Origin: Podarcis cretensis
Lineage: Eukaryota
Assembly: GCA_951804945.1 (NCBI GenBank)
Contig: OX638164.1
Span: 22,878,001-22,942,000, forward strand
Direction of reading: 5' to 3'
Length of the DNA: 64,000 bases
How positions within the stretch are numbered: the first letter of the stretch is position 1; each line of letters begins with the position of its first letter. Below the pieces are notes generated by a model. It had not been told where the DNA came from, ran no database searches, and worked only from the letters and a program-made list of their open reading frames with translations. The position numbers and the translations under genes are program-made. Shown one piece after another: positions 1 to 11,559 of the stretch.

Positions 1-48
1 ATCCCCTCTACCAACCAAAAAATGAACCAATGCCTAACCATAACCTTA

Positions 49-397
49 GGGACGCGGGTGGCGCTGTGGGTTAAACCACAGCGCCTAGGACTTGCCGATC
101 AGAAGGTCGGCGGTTCGAATCCCCGTGACGGGGTGAGCTCCCATTGCTCAGTCCCTGCTCCTGCCAACCTAGCAGATCGAAAGCACATCAAAGTGCAAGT
201 AGATAAATAGGTACCGCTCCGGCGGGAAGGTAAACGACGTTTCCGTGCGCTGCTCTGGTTCGCCAGAAGCGGCTTAGTCATGCTGGCCACATGACCTGGA
301 AGCTGTACGCCGGCTCCCTCGGCCAGTAAAGCAAGATGAGCGCCACAACCCCAGAGTCGGTCATGACTGGACCTAATGGTCAGGGTCCCTTTACCTT
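49..397 (+). mobile_element. Sauria SINE, full length
   Basis: tRNA-like head (gggacgcgggtggcgctgtgggttaaa; B-box ggttcgaatcc), ccctttaccttt tail, TSD taaccataacctta (35-48) / taaccacaacctta (398-411). Near-identical copies occur elsewhere in the window. Confidence 0.9.
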
Positions 398-769
398 TAA
401 CCACAACCTTACAAGTTGTGACAATTTGCTACACAGTAGGCAAAAACCAAATGGCACCAGCCAATCAGCCAAATGGCAAAATTCCTACCAGGCCCCTGCT
501 CCAAAGCAGACGACCCCATGACAGGAATAGCAAACAAACCCTAAATAAAGGGAGGGTGGGCAGGTAATCCGATGTGCGCAGCGAAAAGAGGAAGCTCAAC
601 GCTGCGCACAGGGACCTATATAGCACCCCCATCAATCAAATAAAATTGCAACAGTCAATTTTCCCCAGCAACACTGGAGGTGCCCATTCAAATCCATGGC
701 CATCCAAACTAACCCGCCCAGCAACAGGGGGTGTCATGGTTGCTCCCACCGCAACAGGTGCTCTCCAAG

Positions 770-985
770 AAGGAGAATGTGCTCTATCAACAGCGACTGG
801 CCAGGATGGTTGGAGGCAGGGACGACTCTGAATACTAACTGCTGGAAGCCACAGGAGGGTAGAGTGCTCTTGTGCTCGGATCCTGATTTGCAGGTTTCCC
901 ACAGGCATCTGGTTAGCCACTGTGAGAATAGGATGCTAGACTAGATGGGTCCCTGGCCTCATCCAGCAGGCTCTTCTTATTTTCT
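770..985 (+). mobile_element. CR1-type LINE 3' end fragment
   Basis: Motif ttcccacaggcatctggttagccactgtgaga...ggactagatgg...atccagcaggctcttctt recurs at about 12640-13060, 28900-29030, 31740-31920 and 56925-57040 (minus). Family assignment is from recognition. Confidence 0.55.
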
Positions 986-1099
986 TATTCCAAATTGAAA
1001 TGCCACATTCCCAGAGTGGTTTAACCATCAATCCCTCTTGCCAGGGAACTCTGGGAACTGTAGATCTACAAGGGGAATAAGGGCCTCCTAACAACCGCT

Positions 1100-1770
1100 C
1101 AAAAGAAACGAAGATCATGGCCACTGGTCCCATCACCTCCTGGCAAATAGAAGGGGAAGAAATGGAGGCAGTGAGAGATTTTGCTTTCTTGGGCTCCATG
1201 ATCACTGCAGATGGTGACAGCAGCCACAAAATTAAAAGATGCCTGCTTCTTGGGAGAAAAGCAATGACAAACCTAGACAGCATCTTAAAAAGCAGAGACA
1301 TCACCTTGCCAACAAAGGTCCGTATAGTTAAAGCCATGGTTTTCCCAGTAGTGATATATGGAAGTGAGAGCTGGACCATAAAGAAGGCTGATCGCCGAAG
1401 AATTGATGCTTTTGAATTATGGTGCTGGAGGAGACTCTTGAGAGTCCCATGGACTGCAAGAAGATCAAACCTATCCATTCTTAAGGAAATCAGCCCTGAG
1501 TGCTCACTGGAAGGACAGATCATGAAGCTGAGGCTCCAATACTTTGGCCACCTCATGAGAAGAGAAGACTCCCTGGAAAAGACCCTGATGTTGGGAAAGA
1601 TGGAGGGCACAAGGAGAAGGGGACGACAGAGGATGAGATGGTTGGATAGTGTTCGCGAAGCTACCAGCATGAGTTTGACCAAACTGCGGGAGGCTGTGGA
1701 AGACAGGAGTGCCTGGTGTGCTCTGGTCCATGGGGTCACGAAGAGTTGGACACGACTAAACGACTAAACA
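1100..1770 (+). mobile_element. Bov-B (RTE clade) LINE, 5'-truncated 3' fragment with open C-terminal ORF (1117-1767)
   Basis: ORF MATGPITSWQIEGEEME...KSRDITLPTKVRIVKAMVFPVV...RRRIDAFELWCWRRLLRVPWTARRSN...RRRGRQRMRWLD is the recognisable Bov-B C-terminus. Short repeat tail cgactaaacgactaaaca; 10-bp TSD aacaaccgct at 1090-1099 and 1771-1780. Confidence 0.95.
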
Positions 1771-2449
1771 AACAACCGCTTGGCACCCATAACAAATGAC
1801 AGTTCTCAAGGTCCTTTTGAGAAAACCATGACAGTTTACCATAAAGTGCTACGATGCTGCTTTAAATGAATAGTGCAGGTGGGCCCCAAAACATAAACGT
1901 GATGAGGGAGAATAAGCAAGAATCCTGTTTGATCTGGGAAAGCTATTAGCATTTCCGTGCAAACTCCCTTCATCCAAACAGCCTCAGGGGCACGGAAGAA
2001 AACACTTGGATATCCAGACAGCTGATGCAACACAACACATTGTTGACACAAGGTTACAATGACATATTCAGCCTGGCCATGAAATTTAGATAACCAGAAC
2101 ACTTCTGGGAATAACTGGGGGTTTTTTACAAAAAAAAAAAAAAAAAACACCATCAATGTCGATATAAGGAGAAATCGTAATGCAGGGGACTGTAATGAGC
2201 TTTTGTTTTTCTTTGGGTTTTAAAAGGCTGCCATTTTGTCTGCTTTTATTTGTGGGATGGGAGGTAAATAAAAGCCATGTGACACGTAATAACTGTGGGA
2301 AGTTATCTGCCTGAAAGTAAATCCTTGGACAGATAAGCTTTCAATTTCTGCTAGCAGAATGGGGTGTGTAGGTCTGAGCGGAGAACAAAGAAATAAAGAG
2401 GGCACAGGCAGGGGCCTGGCGATCCACCATTCTAAATACAGGAGGCTAT

Positions 2450-2735
2450 GGGAAGGGTTGTGGCTCAGCAGTGGAACATCTGCTTCCCGGTTCGACCCCC
2501 ATCGTCTCTATAGGAGAACCTTGTCCAAAATCCTGGACAAGTGCTGCCAGTCAGTGAAGGCAGTACTGAAGTAGGTGGATCCAGTGGATCTATTTTGGGA
2601 GGGGCCACAGCTCAGTGGTAGAGCATCTGCTTTGCCTGGAGAAGGTCCCAGATTCAATCCCCAGCATCTCCAGCTAGGACTGGGAATGTGCCCTCTCTGA
2701 AACCTTGGAAAGTCATGGCCTGGCAGTGCAGACCA
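2450..2735 (+). mobile_element. Two tandem tRNA-derived SINE copies (Squam2-like)
   Basis: Heads ggttgtggctcagcagtggaacatctgct and ggggccacagctcagtggtagagcatctgctttgc...gattcaatccc (A/B boxes). Same family at 6343-6692 and 59145-59290. Confidence 0.65.
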
Positions 2736-2850
2736 GGCACAAGGAATCTTTGGCTCTCGCAACGTTTCTGAACTACAACTCCCATCATCCCTACACATCA
2801 GCCGTGCTTGCTGGAGCTGATGGGAGTTGCAGTCTAGCAGCATCTGGAGG

Positions 2851-3629
2851 TAAAATGTAAAGGGACCCCTGTCCATTAGGTCCAGTCGTGACCGACTCTG
2901 GGGTGCGGCGCTCATCTCGCTTTACTGACCGAGGTCATGTGGCCAGCATGACTAAGTCGCTTCTGGCGAACCAGAGCAGGGCACGGAAACACCGTTTACC
3001 TTCCCGCCAGAGCGGTACCTACTGTATTTTTCGCCCCATAGGACGCACTTTTTCCCCTCCAAAAATGAAGGGGAAATCTGGGTGCGTCCTATAGGGCGAA
3101 TGCAGGCTTTCGCTGAAGCTTGGAGAGCGAGAGGGGTCGGTGCGCACCGACCCCCCTCGCTCTCCAGGCTTCGGGAAGACATCCGCAACCTAGGCAGCCC
3201 TGCGGGAACCCCACGCTGCGGATAGCAGCCTGCCGCCCGGCGCGCAGAGCGCCCTGAAGCAGAGCGCCCCTCGTGCCGGGCAGACATCGACCAGCCCCAC
3301 AAGCTCGGGGGACAGCGGGGAGGCGCAGCACCGCCATCCCGCTGTTCCCCGACCTGGTTTTGGGAGAGAAATAAAGGAAAACATTTTTTCCTTTATTTCC
3401 CCCCCCCCCAAAAAAAACTAGGTGCGTCCTATGGGACGGAGCGTCCTATGGGACGAAAAATACGGTAATTATCTACTTGCACTTTGACGTGCTTTCGAAC
3501 TGCTAGGTTGGCAGGAGCAGGGACCGAGCAACGGGAGCTCACCGCATTGCGGGGATTCGAACCGCCGACCTTCTGATCGGCAAGTCCTAGGCTCTGTGGT
3601 TTAACCCACAGCGCCATCAGCGTCCCATA
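2851..3629 (-). mobile_element. Sauria SINE interrupted by a MITE
   Basis: Reverse complement of the 49-397 element, split at ggtaccTA|TAattatctact. TSD catctggagg at 2841-2850 and 3630-3639. Confidence 0.88.
3020..3467. mobile_element. Non-autonomous Tc1/mariner (Tc2-like) MITE
   Basis: Terminal inverted repeats ctgtatttttcgccccataggacgc ... gcgtcctatgggacgaaaaatacgg flanked by TA duplication; GC-rich core. Confidence 0.85.
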
Positions 3630-4016
3630 CATCTGGAGGAGATGGAGGCAAATTCATGGTGCGCTAGATGGACTAAGGCAGCTTTTTCCCATGTTCCTAG
3701 TTATCCAGCCACCCTGCTTCTTGATTTTGCTGCCTACCTGGGACTGCAAAAATGGTAGGTGGTGTTGTGAAGCCTCTAACAAGCTGGATCCCCAAGGCTC
3801 TTGAACGATGCTGATCTTGCAGGGGGAAAGAGTGCTCCAAGAGTGCCAGTCTTGGACAATCAGTGGAGGGGGCTCATGCCTGCTCCCCCACTGACTGTCA
3901 CCCCTAACTGACCTTGTCTTTATAGCTTGATGAGGGTCTGGGGTGGTGGTCAAATACACCATGGTTAAGGAAATAGGCTAAATTCACACAGAATGCCAAG
4001 CCATAGTTATAGCATG

Positions 4017-4276
4017 CCAAGGTTTGCAAGCCAACAGCAACAAACTATGGATCTAAGCTACGCTTTGTTGCCAATAAACAAACCACAGTTAAGCCACTGG
4101 GAAAGGTTCACACATAATGCTATGCCATTGTTTAATAAACCATGGTTCGGTATACTTTGATGGCAACCCTGGCTTACAATTCAAGAGCCCATAGGAAGGC
4201 TTAACTGTGGTCTGTTTATTGGCAACAAAGCACAGCTTAAATCCATAGTTTGTCGCTGTTGGCTTGCAAACCTTGG
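4017..4276. repeat. Long imperfect inverted repeat (about 79-bp arms)
   Basis: 4017-4095 is the reverse complement of 4198-4276 with a few mismatches. Confidence 0.85.
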
Positions 4277-6342
4277 TTTACGCAGAAGAAGAAAAATCTG
4301 AGAGCTTTAGAATAATCATCTATAAAACCACACAATTTTTTAAAAAACCATATAATGTTTTAAAATCAGAAAACCATATGTTTTAAAATCAGAAAACCAT
4401 ATACGTAATGATTTAAAATCAGACTGGGGTCTGTTCTATATTCCACCATCACCTGTGTCACAGTAGGTGGGAATATGGGAGAGGGCCTTTTCCACTGACG
4501 TGCCCCTGTGGAACTCCCTGCCCCAGGAGATTTCACTGAGCGGCATTTAAAACGACAAGTGAAAACTTCTCTGTTGCAGAGCATCTTTGGCCTGAATACC
4601 TTCTGAACAGCTATCCCCTCTGCTATTGGAAGTGAGTTGTTGCTGTCCTTTCAATCTGGCTACATTTCACTATTTTTTACAGGACTATTTTAAAAATAAA
4701 ATATGCAACAAAAACAGGAACCCCCCAAAAGGAAGTGAAAGCAGAAGCAAAAATTGAAAACCATTTGATAGCTGTAGGCAAATGAAATAAGATAGTATAA
4801 GAAATAGAAGAGAGGTAGCACCTATATATTTTGAATCAGTTTTCAGAATTTCTCTGAAGGAAGTCCAGCAGGAGTTGAAATGTGTTGGATCAATAAACCT
4901 CTTTACAGTCTACTCTATAGTTCACAGTGGGGGTCACTTCTGCTTCCAGTTTCTGTTTTTATATATATATATAAAAGATCTGTGAAACTAGGTGGAAAGA
5001 AGAAATATAAATGCAAACTAGTCCAACATGTGGACCCACGCCATCAACAAAAGGCCAAATTTTTTTTAATGGGAAGAGCCAAATAAGAACAATTTGGATA
5101 AAGTCTGGGAACGCCTTTAAGGAAGCATAACTGTGCTCTGAATGCTCCTTTTCTGTATCGCCTAAAAATAGTGGTTGCCATTTCTGAAAACGGATCCGGC
5201 AGCCTGTTAGAAATGCAAGTAACTCTTTGATTTCAGCACGGATAAGAACAGTCTTTCCACAAGGATGTTCTAACTCTTCTCCTTTCTAACACTTCGTACA
5301 AGTCCAGCATCCTCCCTCCCTTCTTCCCATTAGGAGTAAAACGAAACATGAGTCCTCTAATTCACTGGGGGGGGGGTGGACTACACGTTCCCCCAATACA
5401 GGGCCGGAGAGAACATTTTTTTTCTGACGGAGGGCCAACGTCCCTTCTCAACAATCTTCCAGCGGCCACATCCCAGTGGTGGTGGGTGGGGCCGGAACCA
5501 AAAGTGGACGAAGCAAAAAATTGTAAATTTTACATTTTACAGTAGGGTTGTTTCTACACACACACACCCCTTCCCCTCTGTCCTTCCAGCAGGCAAGCAA
5601 GAGGCATGATCAGAGTTCAAGGACAAAGTCCAGCCAGGCAAGAAGCCTCAAGGAAGGCGCAAAGCAAGGCGACTGATGGCTGTGGCTGTGGACGGATGTG
5701 GAGAGTCCAGGAGGCCAGATGGAGAGGTTGGGAGGCCCATATTGGGGCCCCAGGGCCGGAGGTTCCCCACCTATGCTCTGTCCTGGCTGTTTTTAACAGG
5801 CCATACAGAATAGGGTGAGGCACCAGGCAGCAAACCATGGCTCCACAACTGAGGTATAGTGAATCAGGCAGACTTGAGAGATCAGGGATCAAAATCCCAC
5901 TCAGCTGCGAAACTCACTGGGTGACCTTGGAAGCCACTGCTCACTGTCTTTCAGCCTGACCTACCATGCAGGGTTGTTGTATGGGTAAAATGCAGGCAGG
6001 GAGTGAAGAAGTCTGCACACCACTTTGGAGGAAAGGGAGATCCAAATGTCATAATGAAAATACGGGCTTTTTAACCTCATTCCCCGGAACAGCAAGACAG
6101 GCCTTCGGAACTCAGCTGCTCAGTACCATTCCCCTGTGTCTTGTTCGTGAGACAGACAGACAGAGAGAGAGAATATCATAGAATTGTAGAGTTGGAAGGG
6201 TCCCGAGGGTCATCTAGTCCAACCCCCTGCAAGGCAGGAATCCCATGCTGTGTTAATGATGCAGAAGAGGAGGTTAAGGAGTCCCTTGGCTGCATCTCAG
6301 CTTGGGTGGAGGTATCCAAGGCATAGACCTGTGTGTTTTTAG

Positions 6343-6692
6343 GGGATGGGCCATAGGTCAGAGGCAGATAATTTGCTTTGCTTGCAGATGGTCCCAGGAT
6401 CAGGACTGGGAGGAAGGCCTGTCTGAAGTCCCAGAGAGCTGCTGCCAATCAGTGTAGACAATAATGGGGTAGATAGACCAACCGTCTGACACGGTGTTAG
6501 GCAGCTTCCCATGTGGAAAGGGCCCTAGCTCAGTGCTAGAACACCTGCCTTGCATGCAGAAGGTTCCAGGTTTAATCCACGCCATCTCCAGTTATGTTCT
6601 CAAGCTGCAAACCCTGAACAGCTGCTGCTTGTCAGTGCTGAGCTAGGTGGATCCACAGTCAGACATGAAATAAGGCGGCTTCCTATGTTCTT
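6343..6692 (+). mobile_element. Head-to-tail pair of tRNA-derived SINEs (Squam2-like)
   Basis: Two units, each with a tRNA-like head and a ggcagcttcc(c/t)atgt tail. Confidence 0.7.
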
Positions 6693-6897
6693 TTGTGCAT
6701 GTTTTGGAGCAGGGGCGGCGCGGGGGGGGTTGTACCTTGGGATCAGAGGTTACGATGGAGGCCAGTTGAAAAATCTCTATCAGTGTTTCCCAAACCTGGG
6801 TCTCCAGCTGTTTTTGGACTACAATTCACATCATCCCTGACGACTGGTCCTGCTAGTTAGGGATGATGGGAGTTGTAGTCCAACAATAGCTGGAGAC

Positions 6898-7110
6898 TAC
6901 AGTGGTACCTTGGGTTAAGAACTTAATTCGTTCCAGAGGTCTGTTCTTAACCTGAAACTGTTCTTAACCTGAAGCACCACTTTAGCTAATGGGGCCTCCT
7001 GCTGCTGCTGCGCCGCCGTCACGCGATTTCTGTTCTCACCCTGAAGCAAAGTTCTTAACCCAAGGTACTATTTCTGGGTTAGCGGAGTCTGTAACCTGAG
7101 GTACCACTGT
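6898..7110. mobile_element. Tc1/mariner (Tigger-like) MITE
   Basis: TIRs cagtggtacctt ... gaggtaccactg preceded by TA. Second copy in opposite orientation at about 11560-11798. Confidence 0.75.
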
Positions 7111-8479
7111 GTTTGGTACCCAGAAACCTATCACTACTCTCCGGCCTAAAGTGATCAAACACGCAACCTGCACCTGCTTATTATCAGGTACGCAACTTGA
7201 TGCATTTGAGAGATTTCATGTTCAGAGGAATGTGGTATTATCCTCTTACACACCTTCCCCTGTGGTAAATCATTCAAAGAGGGTCTGGTTTGTTTGTTTT
7301 TTATTTAAACTCTTTTATCCTGTTCTTCAGTTGGGGGAGGGAGGTTCCCAGAACAGCTTACCAATGTCAGTGATAAAACGGTCCCCACCCTCAGGGCTTA
7401 CAACCAAAAACACAACACAAAAGGAAAAGGGATTTGGAGGGAAGAGGAGAAAGGGAAACTCAAAAGCAAAAAAAAAGACTTGTTTTCTCCGAAAGGACTC
7501 AGTATGAGATGCCTGCTGCCATCCTAGGTTTGCAAACAGGCAAAACAATAAGATGTTTGAACAATCAAAATCCAGAAATTGCTACCCCAGGGCTTTTTTC
7601 TCCTGAAGTAACTTCCCCCCTGCTCACATGCATAAGCAACAGCAAGGTGTGTCAGACCCACTCCTGAGACAACTGTCTTAAGTTAAATCACAGGTGTGTT
7701 TCTCTTGTTCCCAGAGGGAACGTGCCAATTAAGCTGCACCAGAACTTAAGATGAGAATTAAACCTCTGGTTTGGATGGATCTCAGAAAGAGTAACCTGTG
7801 ACAAAAAGGTGAAAGGCACTGTACACAGCTACTCGCCTATGGCGATGCAGAACTGCCATCAGGTGACCATGAAAGGAGGTCTTGCAAAAGTTGGATATCT
7901 TTCTTTCCTTCCTTCCATCCACCATAAACAAACAAAAAGGGCTATGTCACAATGTTGGACTAGTTAACTAATTTGCAAAGCTAACCTGAATTGCATCAAT
8001 TCCTTGCCATTTTTTCCAGAGCAAAAAACAACAGTGGCAACCCGAATCGCAGTCTGACGCTTTTAAACTTTTGGGAGGGAGAAGGTTGCAAGATGAGAAA
8101 AAAAAATAAAAAAATAAAAATGACAGTGTGGTCCAAGGTTGCCCAAAACTGGCCTCCTGCCCGAGCAGCGGCTGAGAAGCGGCTGCAGCGCTCAGTTCCC
8201 CGCACTGCATTGTTTGCATCTGACACGCACCGATTCCAAAGAAGAAATATTTACAGTTCGATTCCCACCAGTTACGCGTGTGATACAACAACAACCAACA
8301 ACCACCCTTGCAACTGGACCCGCGAGTCACCTGAGTCGCAAACCTCCCCCCGTCCCCAAAAAAAAGCAGAGAGAGATCGCCTAAGAGCCAGGAAGCCCAG
8401 AGCCCCTGATCCATTTGGAGAGGGGGATGCGGAGTATGATGGTGGGGAGAGGAAGAGGCAGGGCGAACTGAAGGGCGCC

Positions 8480-9560
8480 CACTACCCAATTTGAAACCGC
8501 GCGTGGCTCAAAGGCGGCGGGGAACGAAGGAACATTGGACTGAGAACTGCGTGCATTCCAACCAGACAGCGCCGCGCAAAGATGGGGGCATAACAAAAGC
8601 TCCTTTTGCAAAGAGGGGGTGGAGTGGAGGATGTTGCAAAGAAAACGCAAGGACCTGGAAGCAGAGCGCGCGCCCCCTCCCCGCTCCAAATTCCGCGCGA
8701 TGCTGGCTGGCTGGCTGGCTTGCCAAATCGGGGGGAGCCTTGCGAGACAAGGCGATGGAGGGGTGCCAGAAGGTGGCCCCAAAGGTGCCCGCTCACCTGT
8801 CCGTACACCTTCATGGACTCCTGCTGCTGGGCGGCGGCGGCGCTCCGCTTGCTCCGCAGCATCTCGCCCGGCGTCGGCTGCCTGACTGTGCCATCGGGAC
8901 TGCTCGCCCGCAGCACCTCGAAGCCCCGGTCCTGAGCTCGGGATGTGAAAGCGGCGTGCAGCCGCAAGGTCTTGCCGGCGGACTCGGCCGGCCGGAGGCT
9001 GCAAGCGGATAACAGGAGGAGGAGGAGGAGGGCGAGACGCGGCGGCGGCATCGCCAACCGGGCGGCCGTTTCCCGGAGCGGAGAGCGCGGCTCCCCGGCG
9101 CGGCTTCTCCCTGTCGCCATGTTCGCTGCTTCCGCGCTCCGCCGGCTTGGCGAGCTGCAAAGTGGGGCGCCGCCGCCAGGACAGAATGTGCAATAGGATT
9201 GCAAAGCCGGGAAACCCGGTGGCGGCGGCGAGGGGGGGGGGGGGGTGGCGAGGGAGCAACAGCAGCGAGCAGATTCAGGCCAGCTGCAGGCAGCTCGGCT
9301 CCGGCGCGCGCCACGGGCCCGGGGCTGCACGCGCTGCTTCCCGGGGCATTGCAACCCTTCCTTGCCTTTTGCGCGGTGCGGGGCAAAGCAGCGAGCGAGC
9401 GCGCGCGTAGCGAAATTATTCGCTCGGGTGTTGTTGTTGTTTGTATTTGCAGCCTCTGGCTTGCACCAGCCGGCCACGGTGTGCGGGTGCAAGTCACGTG
9501 TCATCTCCCCACCCCCACAAAACGCACACACACGCATGCACGCTTTTCTCCGTAATCTTC
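8480..9560. promoter_or_regulatory. SORL1: CpG island covering the SORL1 promoter, exon 1 and start of intron 1
   Basis: Very high GC and CpG density compared with flanks; surrounds the first coding exon. Confidence 0.9.
8797..9120 (-). CDS. SORL1: Sortilin-related receptor (SorLA/LR11), coding exon 1 (108 codons: signal peptide, propeptide, furin site)
   Basis: MATGRSR...LALLLLLLLSACS...QDRGFEVL...LRSKRSAAAAQQQESMKVYGQ matches SORL1 hallmarks (QDRGF, RxKR|SA, KVYGQ). Strong Kozak gaacATGG; phase-0 donor CAG|GTGAGC at 8797/8796; position downstream of SC5D fits vertebrate synteny. Confidence 0.96.
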
Positions 9561-10009
9561 TTTGCCTGCTCCTGGCTTTGACCTCCTAGCAGTACAGCAG
9601 CAGGACCTTAAAAGCGAAAGGGCTTTCGCGAATTAAAAAAAAAACTCAATAACATCGCCTTTATTTGTTTCGCCCCGCGCAGAAATGTTTTCTTTGCAAG
9701 CGCAAAAAGAAGAACGTGAAGCCTTGGAAAGGTTCCTCCGGGTTCCCTGCGGTGTGTTTTGGTGCGTGCACGTGTGCGTTTGCAGAAGAGCCCATGGTCT
9801 CATGTGACAACCGCTTTTCTGAAGCTAAGCGGGGGTATGAATGAAGGCAGCGGCCTGATCCAGCCGGCTCTTCTTCCTTTACTTTCTTATGTTGTAAAAC
9901 GAAAGAGGGTAAGCTCAGCATACTAAATATGTTGGAGCTGGAAAATGCATCCGTTTTGTTCTAGCGTTATGTTTATTTATTCAATATCTGTATTTATTTA
10001 CTTACTGCA

Positions 10010-10215
10010 TTTATATCCCACCTTTTCAGTAAGGAACTCATAGTAATGCGTGTACAGATCCACCTATTCATTTCATCCCTTTGAGATAATTTAGGCAGAG
10101 AGAGAGGCAGCAACTGGCGAGGACACCTGGTCAGCTTCACATCCCAGTGGGGATTTGAACCCTATTCTCCCAAGACCTAGTCCGGCACTCTAACCACTAC
10201 ACCACACTGGCCCTC
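10010..10215 (-). mobile_element. MIR/Ther1-type SINE, old copy
   Basis: ggatttgaaccc...ctctaaccactacaccacactgg reverse tRNA head plus core. Similar copies at about 5840-6050, 10870-11070, 14520-14710, 31350-31495, 33420-33650 and 61750-62100. Confidence 0.7.
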
Positions 10216-10564
10216 TTAAGCAGTGAGGAGGAGCACTCATGGGAAAGGTGGTGATCTGACTACACATAGAGCCAGTGCCATGGGCACACACACACACACC
10301 CTTCACACGCTGCTTTCCCAAGGGATCTGGAGAGCACTGAAAAGCACATGGAAGTGAAAGAGGCAAGTGGGAATGAGCATCATTCTTCCAAGTTCCTACT
10401 TCCATTCTCTTATGTTATTTTTTCAGGAAGAAGGTAACCACCCTCACTTCATGACCAAAGGGGCAGTGGCTGGCAGGGAGATACTGATAACACCAAGGTT
10501 GCTGGTTCGATCCTTATAAGGGACAACTAAATATTCCTGCACTGTGGAGGGTTGGACTAGATGA

Positions 10565-10697
10565 AGCATCCCCAAACTTGGCCCTCCAGATGTTTTGGAA
10601 CTACAACTCCCATCATCCCTAGATAACAGGACCAGTGGTTGGGGATGATGGGAATTGTAGTCCGGAAACATCTGGAGGGCCAAGTTTGGGAGTGCCT
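10565..10697. mobile_element. Small palindromic MITE inserted in a CR1 3' end
   Basis: ccccaaacttggccctccagatgtt...actacaactcccatcatccc / gggatgatgggaattgtagt...aacatctggagggccaagtttggg. Related copies at about 2735-2850, 6780-6897, 60098-60238 and 61598-61730. Confidence 0.75.
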
Positions 10698-11559
10698 GGA
10701 CTAGATGGTCCTCAGGGTCCCTTGCAACTCTACAATTCTGTGATTCTATGTACACCAGGGGCAGACCTCAAGGGCACCGTTGCATCCATAAGGGCCACAT
10801 AGGTGACCCCTGTCCTAATGGGTGGTTTGGTTGATGCTACAAGAACAGGACCTGAGCCAGAGTGGAAGAAGGCAGTGTGGTGTAGTGGTTAGAGTGTTGG
10901 ACTAGGACCTGGGGGACTAATTTGAATCCCTGCTCAGAAACGAAGCCTACTGGGTGACCTTGGGCCAATCACAGTATCTCGGGGATAAAATGGGGAGGTG
11001 GAGAACTGCGTGTTCCCCCTATGTTCGCCCCTTGGAAGGAAAATGGGATTTAAATGGGAAAAGTAAATAAATCCAGCAAACATTCCCAGGATCCTTTGGG
11101 TGGCCCAAACTCATGTCAAACACATCCTGCCAGGCCCCTTTCTCCTGACGTCTGCATGAGCCAGGTCAGACCTTCTGCGGGATGATATATGATAATATAT
11201 GGCCAATTCTCCCCTGACAACAGGAAGATGGATTTTCTGACCTTTGAGGTCTTTTCCTCCGTCTCTGGGCTTTGTATGATAAATGGCTAGAATGAAGCAC
11301 TCGGCTTCTCCTAGGGTTAGAGGCAAAGAGGAATATGATTGACTCTCCGTGTGTAGGTGGCAGAGGCCCATTATGGAATATTAAAGCTATGCTAAATATT
11401 CTAGTCCCCATCAACCTCTTTTCCTACCGCTCTCAAAAATGCTCAGAGGGCTGATCTTGATGCCAAGGGTGTCATGATGAAAGGGAAAGCAGTTTTGCTG
11501 AGCTAGCAAATAAAAAAGGGGGGCTCTCCTGTGCTCTTTCTCCCCCCCCCACAATATGT

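Noticed and set aside
936-1739. 267-aa minus-strand ORF
   Set aside because: Antisense shadow of the Bov-B ORF; no independent gene signals.
2598-2672. tRNA-like sequence
   Set aside because: Degenerate SINE head continuing into a SINE body; not a functional tRNA gene.
8381-9589. Many long overlapping ORFs, including the 139-codon in-frame extension upstream of the SORL1 ATG (to 9537)
   Set aside because: Stop-codon scarcity in a GC-rich island. Homology and Kozak context point to the ATG at 9120, and the exon ends at 8797.
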